Below, piece after piece: positions 25,400 through 37,747 of a stretch of 64,000 nucleotides of DNA (positions within the stretch are counted from its first letter, which is position 1; each line of letters begins with the position of its first letter). Source of the stretch: Eutreptiella sp. 'Long Island Sound 2002' (taxonomy: Eukaryota > Protista > Euglenida); assembly GCA_964036045.1 (NCBI GenBank), contig OZ038378.1, positions 47,554,001 through 47,618,000 of the forward strand. The letters are read 5' to 3'. Under the pieces are notes generated by a model. That model was not told the origin of the DNA, searched no databases, and saw only the letters and a program-made list of their open reading frames with translations. The position numbers were made by a program, and so were the translations under genes.

Positions 25400-26320
25400 A
25401 GAGAAATATTGATATCAAAGGAGTAGGGCCAGATCAAAAGCAAGATCTGCATCCCGGAAACCAGGGGAATGACACAAATATACAGGTCAAGAGGCATGTA
25501 AACACGCACCGTAAATAGCACCAAGCCATGCCTTGGTCAACATAAGGCGTGGGCAGGGGGAGGGAGCAAGCAATACAGAGTCCCCAGACACACCCATCGA
25601 CGATTTGAAAACCTGAAGTCGCCATGCGACAGGATCATAAACACGTTCGCAGTGTCGATGGCAGCGACACCAGTTGTGCAGCGTCGTACGCGCTTCAGGG
25701 CCACTAGAGCTCAAAATTGTGAAGGGGTCAGAGGCCCACCTGGTTTTCTAAGGCTTCAACAGGGAGGGAGTGCCGTACGACAGCTCGACCACAAGAGAGA
25801 CAGTGTCATTTCCAGTGTGAGCTTACCAACTTACCTCCGCAGTGGGGTGGCGACCTCCGGTGTCCTGACTTCTGTCAGTATATGTCGGAAACCGGTTGTT
25901 TGAGGAGTTGATGCCTCTGCCAAGACTGCATTGGGACTCCCACATGCATGCCCTTTGTGATAATGGGACGAGGGAGAGGATGGCCTTAATGCCAGATACC
26001 TTACGGAGGAACTCGTGCGGCTTTTCCCCTCTGAACTCGTGTCATAGATATGGATGTGGGCACCCTTGGGAAGACACATGGGGACTCTCTGCAGGTCTGT
26101 GGCCTTGGGGAGACTGAATTTCCTGAAGAATCTCTGCGGTGACTGTTGACCCTTGAAACCACCTCGGTCGTTGCTTGATGCCTATGATGGTGGTGTATAC
26201 CACTGCCATTGTGGTGGTGACCGTTGCAGCTGGCACCTCGTGCACGTGGTGCGGGTTAACGGGTCCTTTGGATGCCAAACAATCACCGCCAAGACCACAG
26301 GACTTGATACCTGATAGGTA
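25400..26320. repeat. Dispersed repeat, copy 1 (homologous to 49945-51135)
   Basis: 25400-25790 matches 50760-51135 in direct orientation (e.g. GCAGTGTCGATGGC..CACCAGTTG.GCA). 25830-26320 matches the reverse complement of 49945-50425. Confidence 0.8.
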
Positions 26321-27569
26321 ACAAGCTTTTACCATGATCTACACGCCTAAACCAGCTTCTACAGAAGGATCACCTGCCGATTTGTGTGAATTCTTGGGTA
26401 ATCTGCAGACTCTGACCAAGGCCTGAGCCCTATGTGTCAAAATCACCCGACTTTAAGAGGAGGGATGCAGAGTGCACGAAGCGGACACACAGCACAAGAC
26501 ACATACATTGGCACTGCTCTTCTTCACCGGTTTTACTCCCTGTAAATGCCTCCCTTACCTGTATGTACACTTTGTTTTGCTTTTTTCTCCTCCATAAAAG
26601 AGAAATGACCTTTTTTGGCACCTATCATTGCGACCGGCATCCCCAAATTATGGGGGGTAGGGTGCATAACTAGAATTGCTAATTTCGGGGTTTGAACCCT
26701 CTCTTTTGGGCTCAAGCCTAGCACTTTGACCACTCCCCCACTGCACCAATCAATGGCAGCTAGGTAACAAAATTCCATATCAATGAAAAAGGACAAAACT
26801 GACATAGACGTGCCAACTGACAATAACTGTCTCGGTATGCACTTTAAACAGGTGCAAAACTCTTGAGATCTGCAAGACTTGCGTTTCATTTTGTGCTGTG
26901 AGCACCCATTTGGCTATTCTTTCTACATTATTCTGAGTTTTGTTCACATGAGAACCTGTCAAAAATCTTCAAATACCTGCAGTGGTCATGGAACAAGTCT
27001 TCGCTTTTTTATTGCGTTTGACCAAAACGCTGGCCGGCATGTCTGGGAATGAAATTTAGAACATGTGCAGAGCTCCCAGTGAGTTTGACTCCAGGCGTCT
27101 CACTCCATGGCAGGCGTCGCAAATTTACCACGCGTTGACAAAACAAAAAACAGTGGTATCGTCCAAAGAATCATTACAGTTGGTCTGTTTGGTGCTGGAT
27201 CACATACATGGCGACGCTGTCGACGATCGCAAGTCAGACAAACAGAAGCAGGATCCCTACAAACCAATAGACATGTTGGCGCCACCGGCGGACAAAAGCG
27301 TCGGAGACCTCCTCGGCGCGCCGCAGGCAAGACAAGGTAGCAAGGCTGACTCAGTCTTGGCCGGCGCTCATTCAGGATGCTGAGGCGTTACAGATTTCAT
27401 CCAAAAGAGCGAGCGTGCTGAAACACATACCGTTGTTTGCAAGGATAGCACGAGTACGTGTGCTTTGGAGACGTCCCCCGGCGAGATTGACCTGGGTACT
27501 AGCCGCCATGCGTGGATGTTGTCGAGCCCCCCCCTATAGTTTAGAAAGGGGTAGAAAGAAAAACACCAG

Positions 27570-28270
27570 GTGGCTCCGTTTTCAGGGTGTTCTTTGATGA
27601 TGAAAATTGAGAAAACATCCATAAAAACCTTCCAGTCTAAAACCTTTAGCTAAACAAAGACGCAAAGCATAGGGTCAATGGATCACATAAATGCCAAACC
27701 AATATTGTGTGTGATTTGTAGTCCATTGTTCACCCTCCTAGCGTGCACAAGATACTATGCACATTTCATGTGGCACAAGCCTCTTCCTACCTGTCTCCCA
27801 CAAGGTTCACATCGTACCTTCAACACTAAAACTACTCCTAGTCCTAATCCCCGTGCACCTTAACACCTCATGGCTGCAACGAGAAAGGTAGGCTATGGTG
27901 TGATAAACTACACTCATGTATGCAAATGTGATATGCACTGAGTGAAAGAATGCATAATCACGGGGAAAGACGGCGAGTATGTACAGACGGTTGCGAGACG
28001 TCCTTTTAATCCGGCAAAAGAAACACTGACAATCCTTCTCTTCATATCAGCTCAGGAACAAATCTGTCGGAACTATTTACGAGGATACGATAAACTGTCT
28101 CTTGAAGAAGTCTTTTAATGAAAAATGACGACACACGTCGATTCTCCCAGATCAGGGTCTTCAGCCCGGCGATCTGCACTACGCACTCGTCCTCACAGAG
28201 TTCTGGATAAACAACAATGGGAAATCAAACGGTATCTGGAGTAAGCGCACCCTTAAGGAAAATCTATTTT
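27570..28270 (+). repeat. ~700-bp dispersed repeat, empty-site copy (second copy at 37590-37747 plus 40053-40605)
   Basis: Highly similar blocks such as CATAGGGTCAATGGATCACATAAATG and GAACTATTTACGAGGATACGATAAACTGTCTCTTGAAGAAG occur in both places. Confidence 0.9.
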
Positions 28271-31200
28271 TTCTTACTCCCCCCCCAAGACCTCACATCA
28301 AAACTGTGGGTGTTCTAGGGGGGCGCCTTCTCCATCAGGATTTACCAAATGAACTCTACCAAGTGGGGGGGCGGAGGACCCCCCCCCCATCGTACTTCTG
28401 TGAGCTGCAGATTTCTGTACGGTAGTGAAGTAACAATAGCAACTAACCTTAACTGTCCCCAGAACAAGCACTCGGATCTTTACTGGTACTCCCACACCGT
28501 CTCCGCACCCAGGGTGCCAAGAGAGAGATTGGAACCTTCTACCAAAGCAAAGACGTTGGTCAGGCACACAGTCAGTCTGTAGCTGAGCAAATATGACCCC
28601 AGCAACTGCCATCATTAGATCCGTCTGCACTATGCATTGCAGGAACACTGTGGAAACAAGAGGAAACTCAGACATGCAAGGGTAAGGAAAATGGTTGACT
28701 TCAGACCCATCGCTTCTGTCGCAGGGAATTCAACTTCCTGCAACATGAGTCTCCCTGCATAACCAGACACCATGTAGCCTTACATTCAAACCACCACATT
28801 GAACTTCGTCCGGATAAAGGGTCAGAGAGCAGGGAAGAGAAGAGGAAGGTGGTATGTATGTGTCCTGATGATTGTTATCACAGTGATAGCATGGAGGTAG
28901 CAGGTTGACAGTGTTTCTCTTCCTCAAAAATTGAAACAGCACTGTCAAATGTACAGTACCAGGCAAATTTGCCAGAAAAAACCTTCTTTTCAGTAGCACC
29001 TAATGACATTGGTCGAATTCGACCACTAAAAACGTTTGGGAGTCTGAGGACAGAGGGAGCACTGGTCTTAGACCCGCTTGACCTTGCATCGCCCTCACGC
29101 AAGGAACAGTGAACATGTAACTTCACCACATAGTGACAAACCATTGCAATCCACCATTGCGTGCCCTAGGAAAAAAATAGGGAGGGGGATAGATCTGATA
29201 TGGTAGACCCTGCTTGACTCAGAGCGTACTCCTGCTAGACCAGTGTGTGGAAATCAGTACCTCATTGTTTATATTTGAAAGTACATTGAGAAGCGTCAAC
29301 CGCTGTCGGTAAAAAAACAACCAGCAGCTTCCTGGTTCTACTGCCAAATGACACCACTTTCACCTGAAAAGGTAACAAGGAGCAGGGGTTACACTGACAC
29401 GTACAGGGTGGTTCCATTCAGGATACATGGCACCTTCACTCATGTGAAAAAGGACCATACTCCCCCACCAGGCGTCCCTGATATAAAGGGCAAAAGAGCA
29501 TTTTTCTCCCTAACTGAAAATTCCCAGTCAGCCTTTCCGCCCTGACTTTACTGTCCTTATCAATCTCAGTTTCAATCCTGCATATGCCGTCTCAAAGGCA
29601 TGGAGGCTACAGGTCTCCTGTACCCTACCTTCCTTTTCCGGTCCCGGCACACAGTCAAAGCTGACACCTGGGTTTCTTACTGAGGAACGTTGGGCTTGCT
29701 GTAGTGGCCCTCTGGTGGGTTCAGGGTGGCAGTTTTGCCTCTGGCCCCTAGCCTACCACCTGCGGTCCACTATCTGTACAGTTCAGTGGTCTTCGTGTAA
29801 CTTGAACCGTAGTTGAGGTACCCCAGAGGTTATATTTTCACTTGGGAACGACAAAAACACTGTTTAACCTGAACAGGTAAGGCAATCTGTATCTGACGTT
29901 GCACTCAGAGTCTGATGACTGACTGAGTCAGGAACAGAAAAGCACACATCGACTACCCCTCCAGAGGTCTTGAAGGGTACTTGGAGAGGTGACCAATCAT
30001 ATGTGCATGTGTAGGCCTGTATCCAGCCTAGTCTCACCAGTCCCTCCCTAAACAGAGGGAATACATCAGTGGAATTCCGGCTAAATACTGTGCATGTGTC
30101 CATCCGGGTATCATACGCACATACCCTGGTTCCATATTGGGTTCTGCGGACAACACAGCTGCTTGCCATTGTGTGTGTGACCTTGATAAAGGTGCACAAC
30201 GGCCTCAAGGGCCTGAGGAACGTAGTGACTATTCTTTTCTGTGATGCGGAGGGCTCATGCAGTGAGAACCTGGCATTTCTACCGAGACCGATTTGCCTTC
30301 CTTCCTTTGGTAATCTCTAATTAATGAGTTTCTGAACGACCTGAATCATCAGGGACCTTCAGAGACAAGTATACTGAGCGAGACCTTCGGACCAACGAAT
30401 TAACGGAACCATACACAATGAAACATCATCATCGTAAAAAATTGAGCAGTGTGTGTGGGTTTGTCTAATGATTACATGATAGAGTGGTACATAAATCACA
30501 GAGGCAAACGGGATCTAGTCTGGAGAGGAAAACCAGGACTGCTCTGTACGACAAAACAATAACAGAGTTCTGGAGGGATGATCAGGCGTGAAACCACAAT
30601 ACACCATCTGCTTGTGTCAGGAGACAACAAAAAAAGTAGAATCCCGACTGTAGAATCCTGACTGTCACAAAAGATGATGGGATCATACGTTGCGTTTAGT
30701 GGCAGACACTCACACTGCTAACTGTATACACCTGGCAGAACTTGCACTGGGTGCCCCGGCTGCGTGTAGCAGTAATATTGAACGCTCAGAGTGCAAAGGT
30801 CCTTCAAGGGGGTGCTACCTAACCAGGCACACTGGGACTCTCTGCCACTTACTCTTTATCTCCCTGCAGCAAAAGGGGAGGCAAAGATGAACACAGAGTA
30901 ACGCAGGGCATGTCTCCGGGATGATCTGTCTCGGCATACACAGGACACGACCCTGCACAACAGCTGGTAGTAACCACACATCCTGGAGTAGGTCTTCTGT
31001 TGCACTCTCGTGCTGCACGACGTGACTGTACACTCCCCAAGACTGACAGTGGGTTCAGGCAGAATCACAAGCCATGGGTGGCCTTTAGAGGGTGTTCATT
31101 ACAGTCTTTCATCGCATTCATGACAGCACATTCCAAACAGAATTGCGAATTTGGTGGCCTGAGGGCTGCCACCGGGGTAGCTGAAAGCAAGACAGCCATA

Positions 31201-34200
31201 TACCCCTGTGAACCCCCTGCCCTCAGCGCTGTCAACGGGTTCTCCATCAACTGGCGGTTTGTGTAACCTGTCACACACCCAGCAATCTTCTTGTGCAGCG
31301 CTCCATCACCAAGGGTAGGTACAAGAGCTCTGGCCTGAAATGCTTCCTAAGGGCGGAGAAACCATTCATCAAAGACGTGCAATCAGTTGTAAGCCCTATA
31401 CTCCCCGAAAGGTTGTGACATGGCTGAAAACTGTAATACAGGCAATTTCAACAATCCATGACCGCCGGGAAGAACATAGCCGCAAGCAGGCTCACAAGCG
31501 TGTAGACCCTGCTCTTATCTCATTCAAGACTATGTACACATATGTTTGCTGGTCTGCATTAAGGAAAACAAAGAATACATAACAGGATTGAGTCCCAACA
31601 GTCCCCAACGTCTTAACCACCGTCAGGAAAGATAAGAGGGAAACAAACCCCAGTCCAGGGTGACTGCTACGAACAGCAGCGACTCCTTGCTAGAGAGGGT
31701 GTGCAAGAGACAGACAGTGAGAGACACCCAAGCCATAAGATACAATGCCGCCAACAAACAGCCAAACAAACAGCCAAACACATCTGGAAGTGAACCTGCA
31801 GTTATTTAACTCCCCTAATAGCACTGCAGAATTGCCCGCGGGACGTTGGGGCCAAGCTCCAAAAACCACATACCCAGGTGGTCATGGGCTGCATAAAGAG
31901 TAGGCTCCCCTGGTATGCCCGTGTAGGTGAGGGCGAAAGCGAACGTGCCCTCCAACATAGCTACCCCGCGTTCTATAGGCTGCCACTACTAACGAGAGCG
32001 ATTCGCAGAGTCACTCACACTGGACAGCAGCTGGTGGCCATAAAAGTGACTCCCACCATTCATCATCTTGGTAACCAGCCTCTTGGAGCTGTGAGACCTG
32101 TTGGGTGTTTGACTTATGGGTTCAGCCGCCAGCGTTGGGAAATGGGTCTTCAAGTGGTAAAGAGGGGGAGACCTTGGTGGGGCCTCCGGTGAAACTACCC
32201 GACAAACTAAAATTCAGCGACCAAATACGGCTGGATGGCAAGTTGGCTCCACCAAACTTGACCAGTTGCCTCTGGCTGGACCATCAGCCACGGTTCTTCA
32301 CATCTCCAAACAGGCATGGATGACGCCACCCTAATCATTAGACTGCAAGTGCTTGGGGGATGCGCCCAGGCCAGCGATGTGCCCACCATAGTCACCAGGG
32401 ACCAACACGGTAAGGTAGCGTAAAGCACTGGGAAAAGGGCCCAAGAATAACCTGCATTCAGAATTATAGTAGTGCATATGACGGCTAGGAGCGGAAGTAG
32501 CTGACGCCAGAGGTAAGCCTGAAAGCTTCACAGCCGTGTCCGCTAGGAGGTGTACTATGCCACTATGACCGCGTCTAATATACTCCAACGTGACGTCAGC
32601 AATAACAAGGTCGACGTAAAGCTTAATGAGACGGTCCTCCGTCAAGAACACCCATATCATTTTCTGGGTGTTTTGATGTCAGTGGCAGAGTAGTTCATCC
32701 AAATGACTGTCAGAGTATTGGTCATAGGCTGCCAGGAGCCGGAACTGGGACTATAGCTGGTCGGACTGACACCCTCAATGGCCGTCTCAGCACAATTTGC
32801 TGAATACGGTTCGCATTCTCGAACCTCTCACTGAAGTTATGCAAGAAAAAAGGCAGTTGCTGTAGGCGTAGTCACGTAACTCATATAGCCCGTCATCAGC
32901 ATATTGGAAGCCATCGTCTGGCAAGAAAACAAAGTGAGCAGGTAATTGGAGATGTCCTCCTCTTCAACATCCATGAAAATGGCCTAGCAGCGGCATATTC
33001 AGAGTAATTCCTGCCGCAAACCTCTCATTTATCTCAATCCTGTTACAACGAGAGGGCACCTGGAAGTACTTGTGCGAGACGTCAGCAATCTTGTCATCAA
33101 ATGTAAATTCGACGATCTCATCACTGATCCGCCCACCGTCAGACATGCTACTCATTCCTATGAGACTGTCATGGTCCGGGCAAGGAATGGCGTAAGTAAC
33201 ATTTTGCAAAATCAGGAATAACGAGGCCTGCATCTTCTTTTATGGACAGGCTTGGCCGGGGTGTTCCGCACTGGCTATGGTCAGGTGTAAGGTGTGTCCC
33301 TCCACGCAGTCAGGAAATAGACGGTTGCACTTGCACATTATTCCAAGGCGAGTCACCATCGTCAGCATCGCTGAAAAAAACGTTCATCTTCAAAACGTAA
33401 TCGCGGCTGGGACTTTCTGGCTGCATCGACATGTTGTATGAAGTGGACGTGGCCTATAAGGCTGAACTGCATGTGGTGAGAAGTAGTTAGAAAAAGGTCC
33501 TTCACCGCAACTTCAAGGCAGTGCATGTGCAGTCCGTATCCCTGGCGTGGGTAACTCCTGGCAGTGGCCTTGTACTCGCTGAGCCTCCGCTCGAGGCGTT
33601 CACAGGGTATCTCCTCATAGAATTCACGGTTACCAAATGCAGCAGAGGAGGATGGAGCGTAAAGGCCGTCATATGCAACTTGGTATCAACAAAGGATTCA
33701 GCCGCTCAGCTCATCGGTGACTGCAACACCTTCTCTCAGCAATCGTCGTCAGCTTTCGGCAGCTTCATCCCCAACGGCCTGTAGACCCTGAGCAGCACCT
33801 ATGTGCTTTGGCTGCCCTGGGAGAGTAGTCCCTTCATCCTGCATGGCATGGAACACATAACTGAAGCAGGTTGCGTGACAACAAAAAGCGTGAGGCCTTA
33901 CTGCCCCTCCTGGGATCTGGCATGCGCATATTTCAAAGGATTCAATGTTTGCTGCATTCACAGGAGGCAGCTGTCTTCCAATTTCTGGTTCCTGCGCTTC
34001 TGCTGCGTTAGGCAGTGGTGCCATGGGGGCCAGTTGGACGTGAGCAACAATGACTCCTTCAATCAGTCCCACGTACACCTCCTGAGAAACCTGTGGTTTG
34101 TCCAAGGGTTCCAACCGTAGCTTCCCCAGGGGTACACCCGCTTGGATTGTGCGTTCACAATACTTGCTGACACACGCAGCAGATGACAAAAGCCCCAGCA

Positions 34201-36439
34201 AAGCCAAAATGCACACCGTGATGTTCCATAAAATCATGGTCCCGGTGGACCCGCCTTTGTGGCAATGGGCAATTGCCCATCTGTCGTTGTGTGAAATTTG
34301 CTCGACAGGGGGGGTCTCTTGCGTATTTTCCTCGCAGCTTCGGGAATGGGCCTCCTCTTGCGCTGTAACCAGGAACGTAACAGTGTTCATATCCCTTGAA
34401 CCCGGGCTCTCCCACCTTGACGCCCTCCACTGTTACGACCACAATGATGGTGTTGTCTTCCTCCCGCTTCATCACCATGAACACAAGACATTTCCTGGGG
34501 GCATGATGCACTTCAAGAAATTTCTGCAAAGCATGGGGGCATGCGGCTTCATTTTTTCAAGAACCATTCGCACAAGTAATTCCAACTTTTCTTCAATGAC
34601 ATTTGGCTCACACTGGTACAGTGTTGTACGCCAGCCACATTTTTGACCGTCGGCTGGTAAATTCCGGCGGCTGCCACGCTGGCAGCCGTGCTGCAACCAG
34701 TCTGACGTAGAGCAGAACAGCCTGCAGAACCCACGCCGTTGACACACTTTTCGACGGCTTGCTGCTTCAACACGGTGGTACAGTACTCATCATTCACATG
34801 AAAACCGGTGACTGGGGCGGCCGTTTCCGAGCATTTGGATATGGCCACAGCTTTTTTGTCCTGGGTATCCTTGAACATATCGGCACGGCCCAGAATCATA
34901 CGTTGGACGCAGGAGTCTGTACTTTCCTGAGACGAAATGGACCCTTTGGAGGTCAGGTGTGCAAACAGCGGGTTGGCTACACGCACGTCGCTGGTCACCA
35001 GCCGGCTATCAGCCGATTTAGTCTGGGACATCAGAGCACCGTTGTCAAGCCTCAAAAGATCCAACTTAGCCAGAACTCTGCACGCAGCTTGTCAGAGGCA
35101 ATCATCAGGATGGGCAGCAAACACCGCAAACACACAGCACGTCGTGTTCTCTGCCGTCAGCATGAACTGTGGTACGTACTTGGGTTGAAAGAATTACAAT
35201 CGAACACCAAGAAATTTCAGTCCCCAAGTGACACGTTATTCTTAGCGAAGAAACTCTCGCACAACTCAGCATAAAGGCGTGCTGTGCCTGTCACAACGAA
35301 ACCATTGCAGTTCACAAACCTGAGCATCGCGGCAATTTTACTGCAGTCAACCATCCCCATCACTGTAGGCCCTGTGATCTGCAAATCCATGCATTTGAAA
35401 CACGCCTGACAGCGAACAAGGAAAAAGGCACAGCTCCAACACGAACATGGTATGGCGGCTCGTGATAAAATTCTCCAAGCGCTTCATTAAACCAGTGGCC
35501 TGCCTCCATGGGACTTGCTGAGCACTCAGGAACACAGTTGTCTCATCCATTGATTGACGTTGGCGGCTCAGCTCATAAGCAAACCAAAAGTTACAAAGAC
35601 GGGCAGTCTGTGATCACCTGCTTTTTTGCAGTTCACGACTTCTCAGTTTCTGATGACTTCTCAACTTGCTCCCCCACCTTACAGTCGATAAGTACCAACT
35701 CGTCACTGTGATCTCCAGAGCACTGTACCACATGGGGCAGGCGCCAGGGCACTTGCTGCCGGGGTTCCTCTGCCCTACGGCGTCACTGCTTGAAGTCACG
35801 GATGCGGTGTAGTAGACTGTCCCCACAGACCGTACACTCCCAGGCTAGATCTTGGTGGGCCACGCTGCAGATCAACCCTCGGGTCAGTAGGTCTACGGTA
35901 CCCTGGGCATATCCGGCGCTCACGTGAACGGCAGCATACATCGGGACCACCATCACCTTCTGATCTGCATGACGCGCTGGTACCACACCATTGTCCACAC
36001 CCAGGCTAGTATCCAAATCTAGCGAAGCAAGGCCTTGGCGTTAGGACATCATTCCAAAGGGCAATCCGCCAGGGGATTGTAGGGGTGCTTGCCCTTGGTG
36101 CACGGGAATCTGCGTACAAGTCCAAACCATCGTTGGACCGTCCTTCCGAGTGAGAGGAGGTGCGGGTCCGGGTGACAATCACCATGTCCAATTCTCCACC
36201 AGGATGTCCCGTACTTCCTTACCCGTACTTGTCAAATGTCCATACTCGTATCCACCAGCTCATAAGCACCAAATCTCATAGAGCATGGGGAAACTCTCAA
36301 AGCAGCTTCAAGGCCAACATACAAAATTGATCATAGACTTCACGGACCTCGGTACGAAAGGGGTGTAGGTATTTCAAGGAGGACGCTCTCACGAAAGGGA
36401 AGGTCATAGCATTCACTAAGGCTATTCTCATCAAAGGAC

Positions 36440-37170
36440 CCTTGCTTCTCTTGAACGGAGAATTCTTTTTTTCACGAAGGGGAATCGGTAGGGATCGAAG
36501 GTATTCTAAACAATGAACGTTGATAGCAATCCACGATGTCTCATCCGGTGACGAGGTTCTTTGTTAGGGACAGTGGGCTTTCCTCCCGAAAACAAAATTT
36601 GATATCAATCCACGAAAGTGTTTACCAACTTAGGAAGTTCGATAGCAGTCCACGAATGCTTTGTGCACGAAAGGAATTGGATAACGATCCAAGAAAGCTT
36701 TTTCCAACGAAGGGAATTTGATAGTGATCCAGCAAAGCTTTTTCTGCCGAAGGGAATTTGATAGCGAACCAAGAAAGCTTTTCCAACGAAGGGAATTTGA
36801 TAGCGATCCATGAAAGCTTTTCCAACAAAGGGAATTTGATAGCGATGCAAGAAAGCTTTTCCAACGAAGGGAATTGGATAGGGATCCACAAACACTTTTT
36901 TCCACGAAGAGAATTTCATAGCGATCCACGAACACTTTTGCCAATGAAGGGAATTGAATAGCGAACCACAAAAGCTCTCACCAACGAAGGTAATTTCATA
37001 CCACTCGACGATGGTTTTCCCCGACGATGTCATTCATAGGCAGCCCTCACGAAGGGAACGTAATCAAAACGTTAACGGCGCCCCCACGTAGTCGTTTCTC
37101 ACGAATAGAAATGTTGATGGCGATCCATGGACGCTGCTTCTTCCCCAAAGAAACCTTGATAGCGATCCAT
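36440..37170 (+). repeat. Degenerate minisatellite, 39-40 bp unit
   Basis: Consensus near AAGAAAGCTTTT(T)CCAACGAAGGGAATTTGATAGCGATCC, best conserved at 36690-36960 and decaying at both ends. No spacers. Confidence 0.9.
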
Positions 37171-37747
37171 GGAGCCCGACGGTAGTGGGACCAAATGCGA
37201 AGGCAACCATCAACACAAACAAAACCGTTGGGTAGTCTCGGTGCATGGGGATTCGAAACTAGGTTGGCAAGACTACCGATTAGTAGCTATTACTAAACTA
37301 TAGTACGCAAGTGGACGGCGGTCTTAATGTGGGCACATAAATGTGGCACACAGCCGTAATGTACGATATGCAATGGGCTCATAAAAATTCAAGTTCAAAA
37401 AGGACGAAATCTTGTTGTGAAAATTTCTTTTCGCTCTCCACCATTTAGGAGTGTCCGTGGTGCTACTTTGGTGTAAAATGTTAGTGCGTTTGCACTTCAT
37501 TTTAGGAGCCGGCATAGGAAAGGCATACCTCACTCTTTGAAAACAAAGAGCTTTGGTATGCGTGCACTCTGCCACCAGAAAGAAAATCACCATGTTGCTC
37601 CGTTTTCAGGGTGTTCTTTCGTGATAAAGATCCATAAAAACCTTCAAGTCTAAAAGCTTTAGCTAAACACAGACGCGAACCATAGGGTCAATGGATCACA
37701 TAAATGACAAACCAATATTGTGTGTGATTTGTAGTCCATCATTCACC

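Noticed and set aside
28642-28681. Candidate short exon with TTGCAG acceptor and GTAAGG donor
   Set aside because: No recognisable protein and no partner exons; such sites occur by chance without RNA evidence.
32331-33233. Long minus-strand frame with a few stops (SDGGRISDEIV, faintly Ulp1-like)
   Set aside because: No catalytic His/Asp/Cys motif recognised and several stops; could be chance.
33600-35600. Possible decayed hAT transposase on the minus strand (LPKLTTIAEKVLQSPMS-like and DCSKIAAMLRFVN-like stretches)
   Set aside because: The resemblance needs several assumed frameshifts and no TIR or TSD was found. A frameshift-aware profile search would decide.
36440-37170. CRISPR-like repeat of ~40 bp
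   Set aside because: Head-to-tail minisatellite without spacers.
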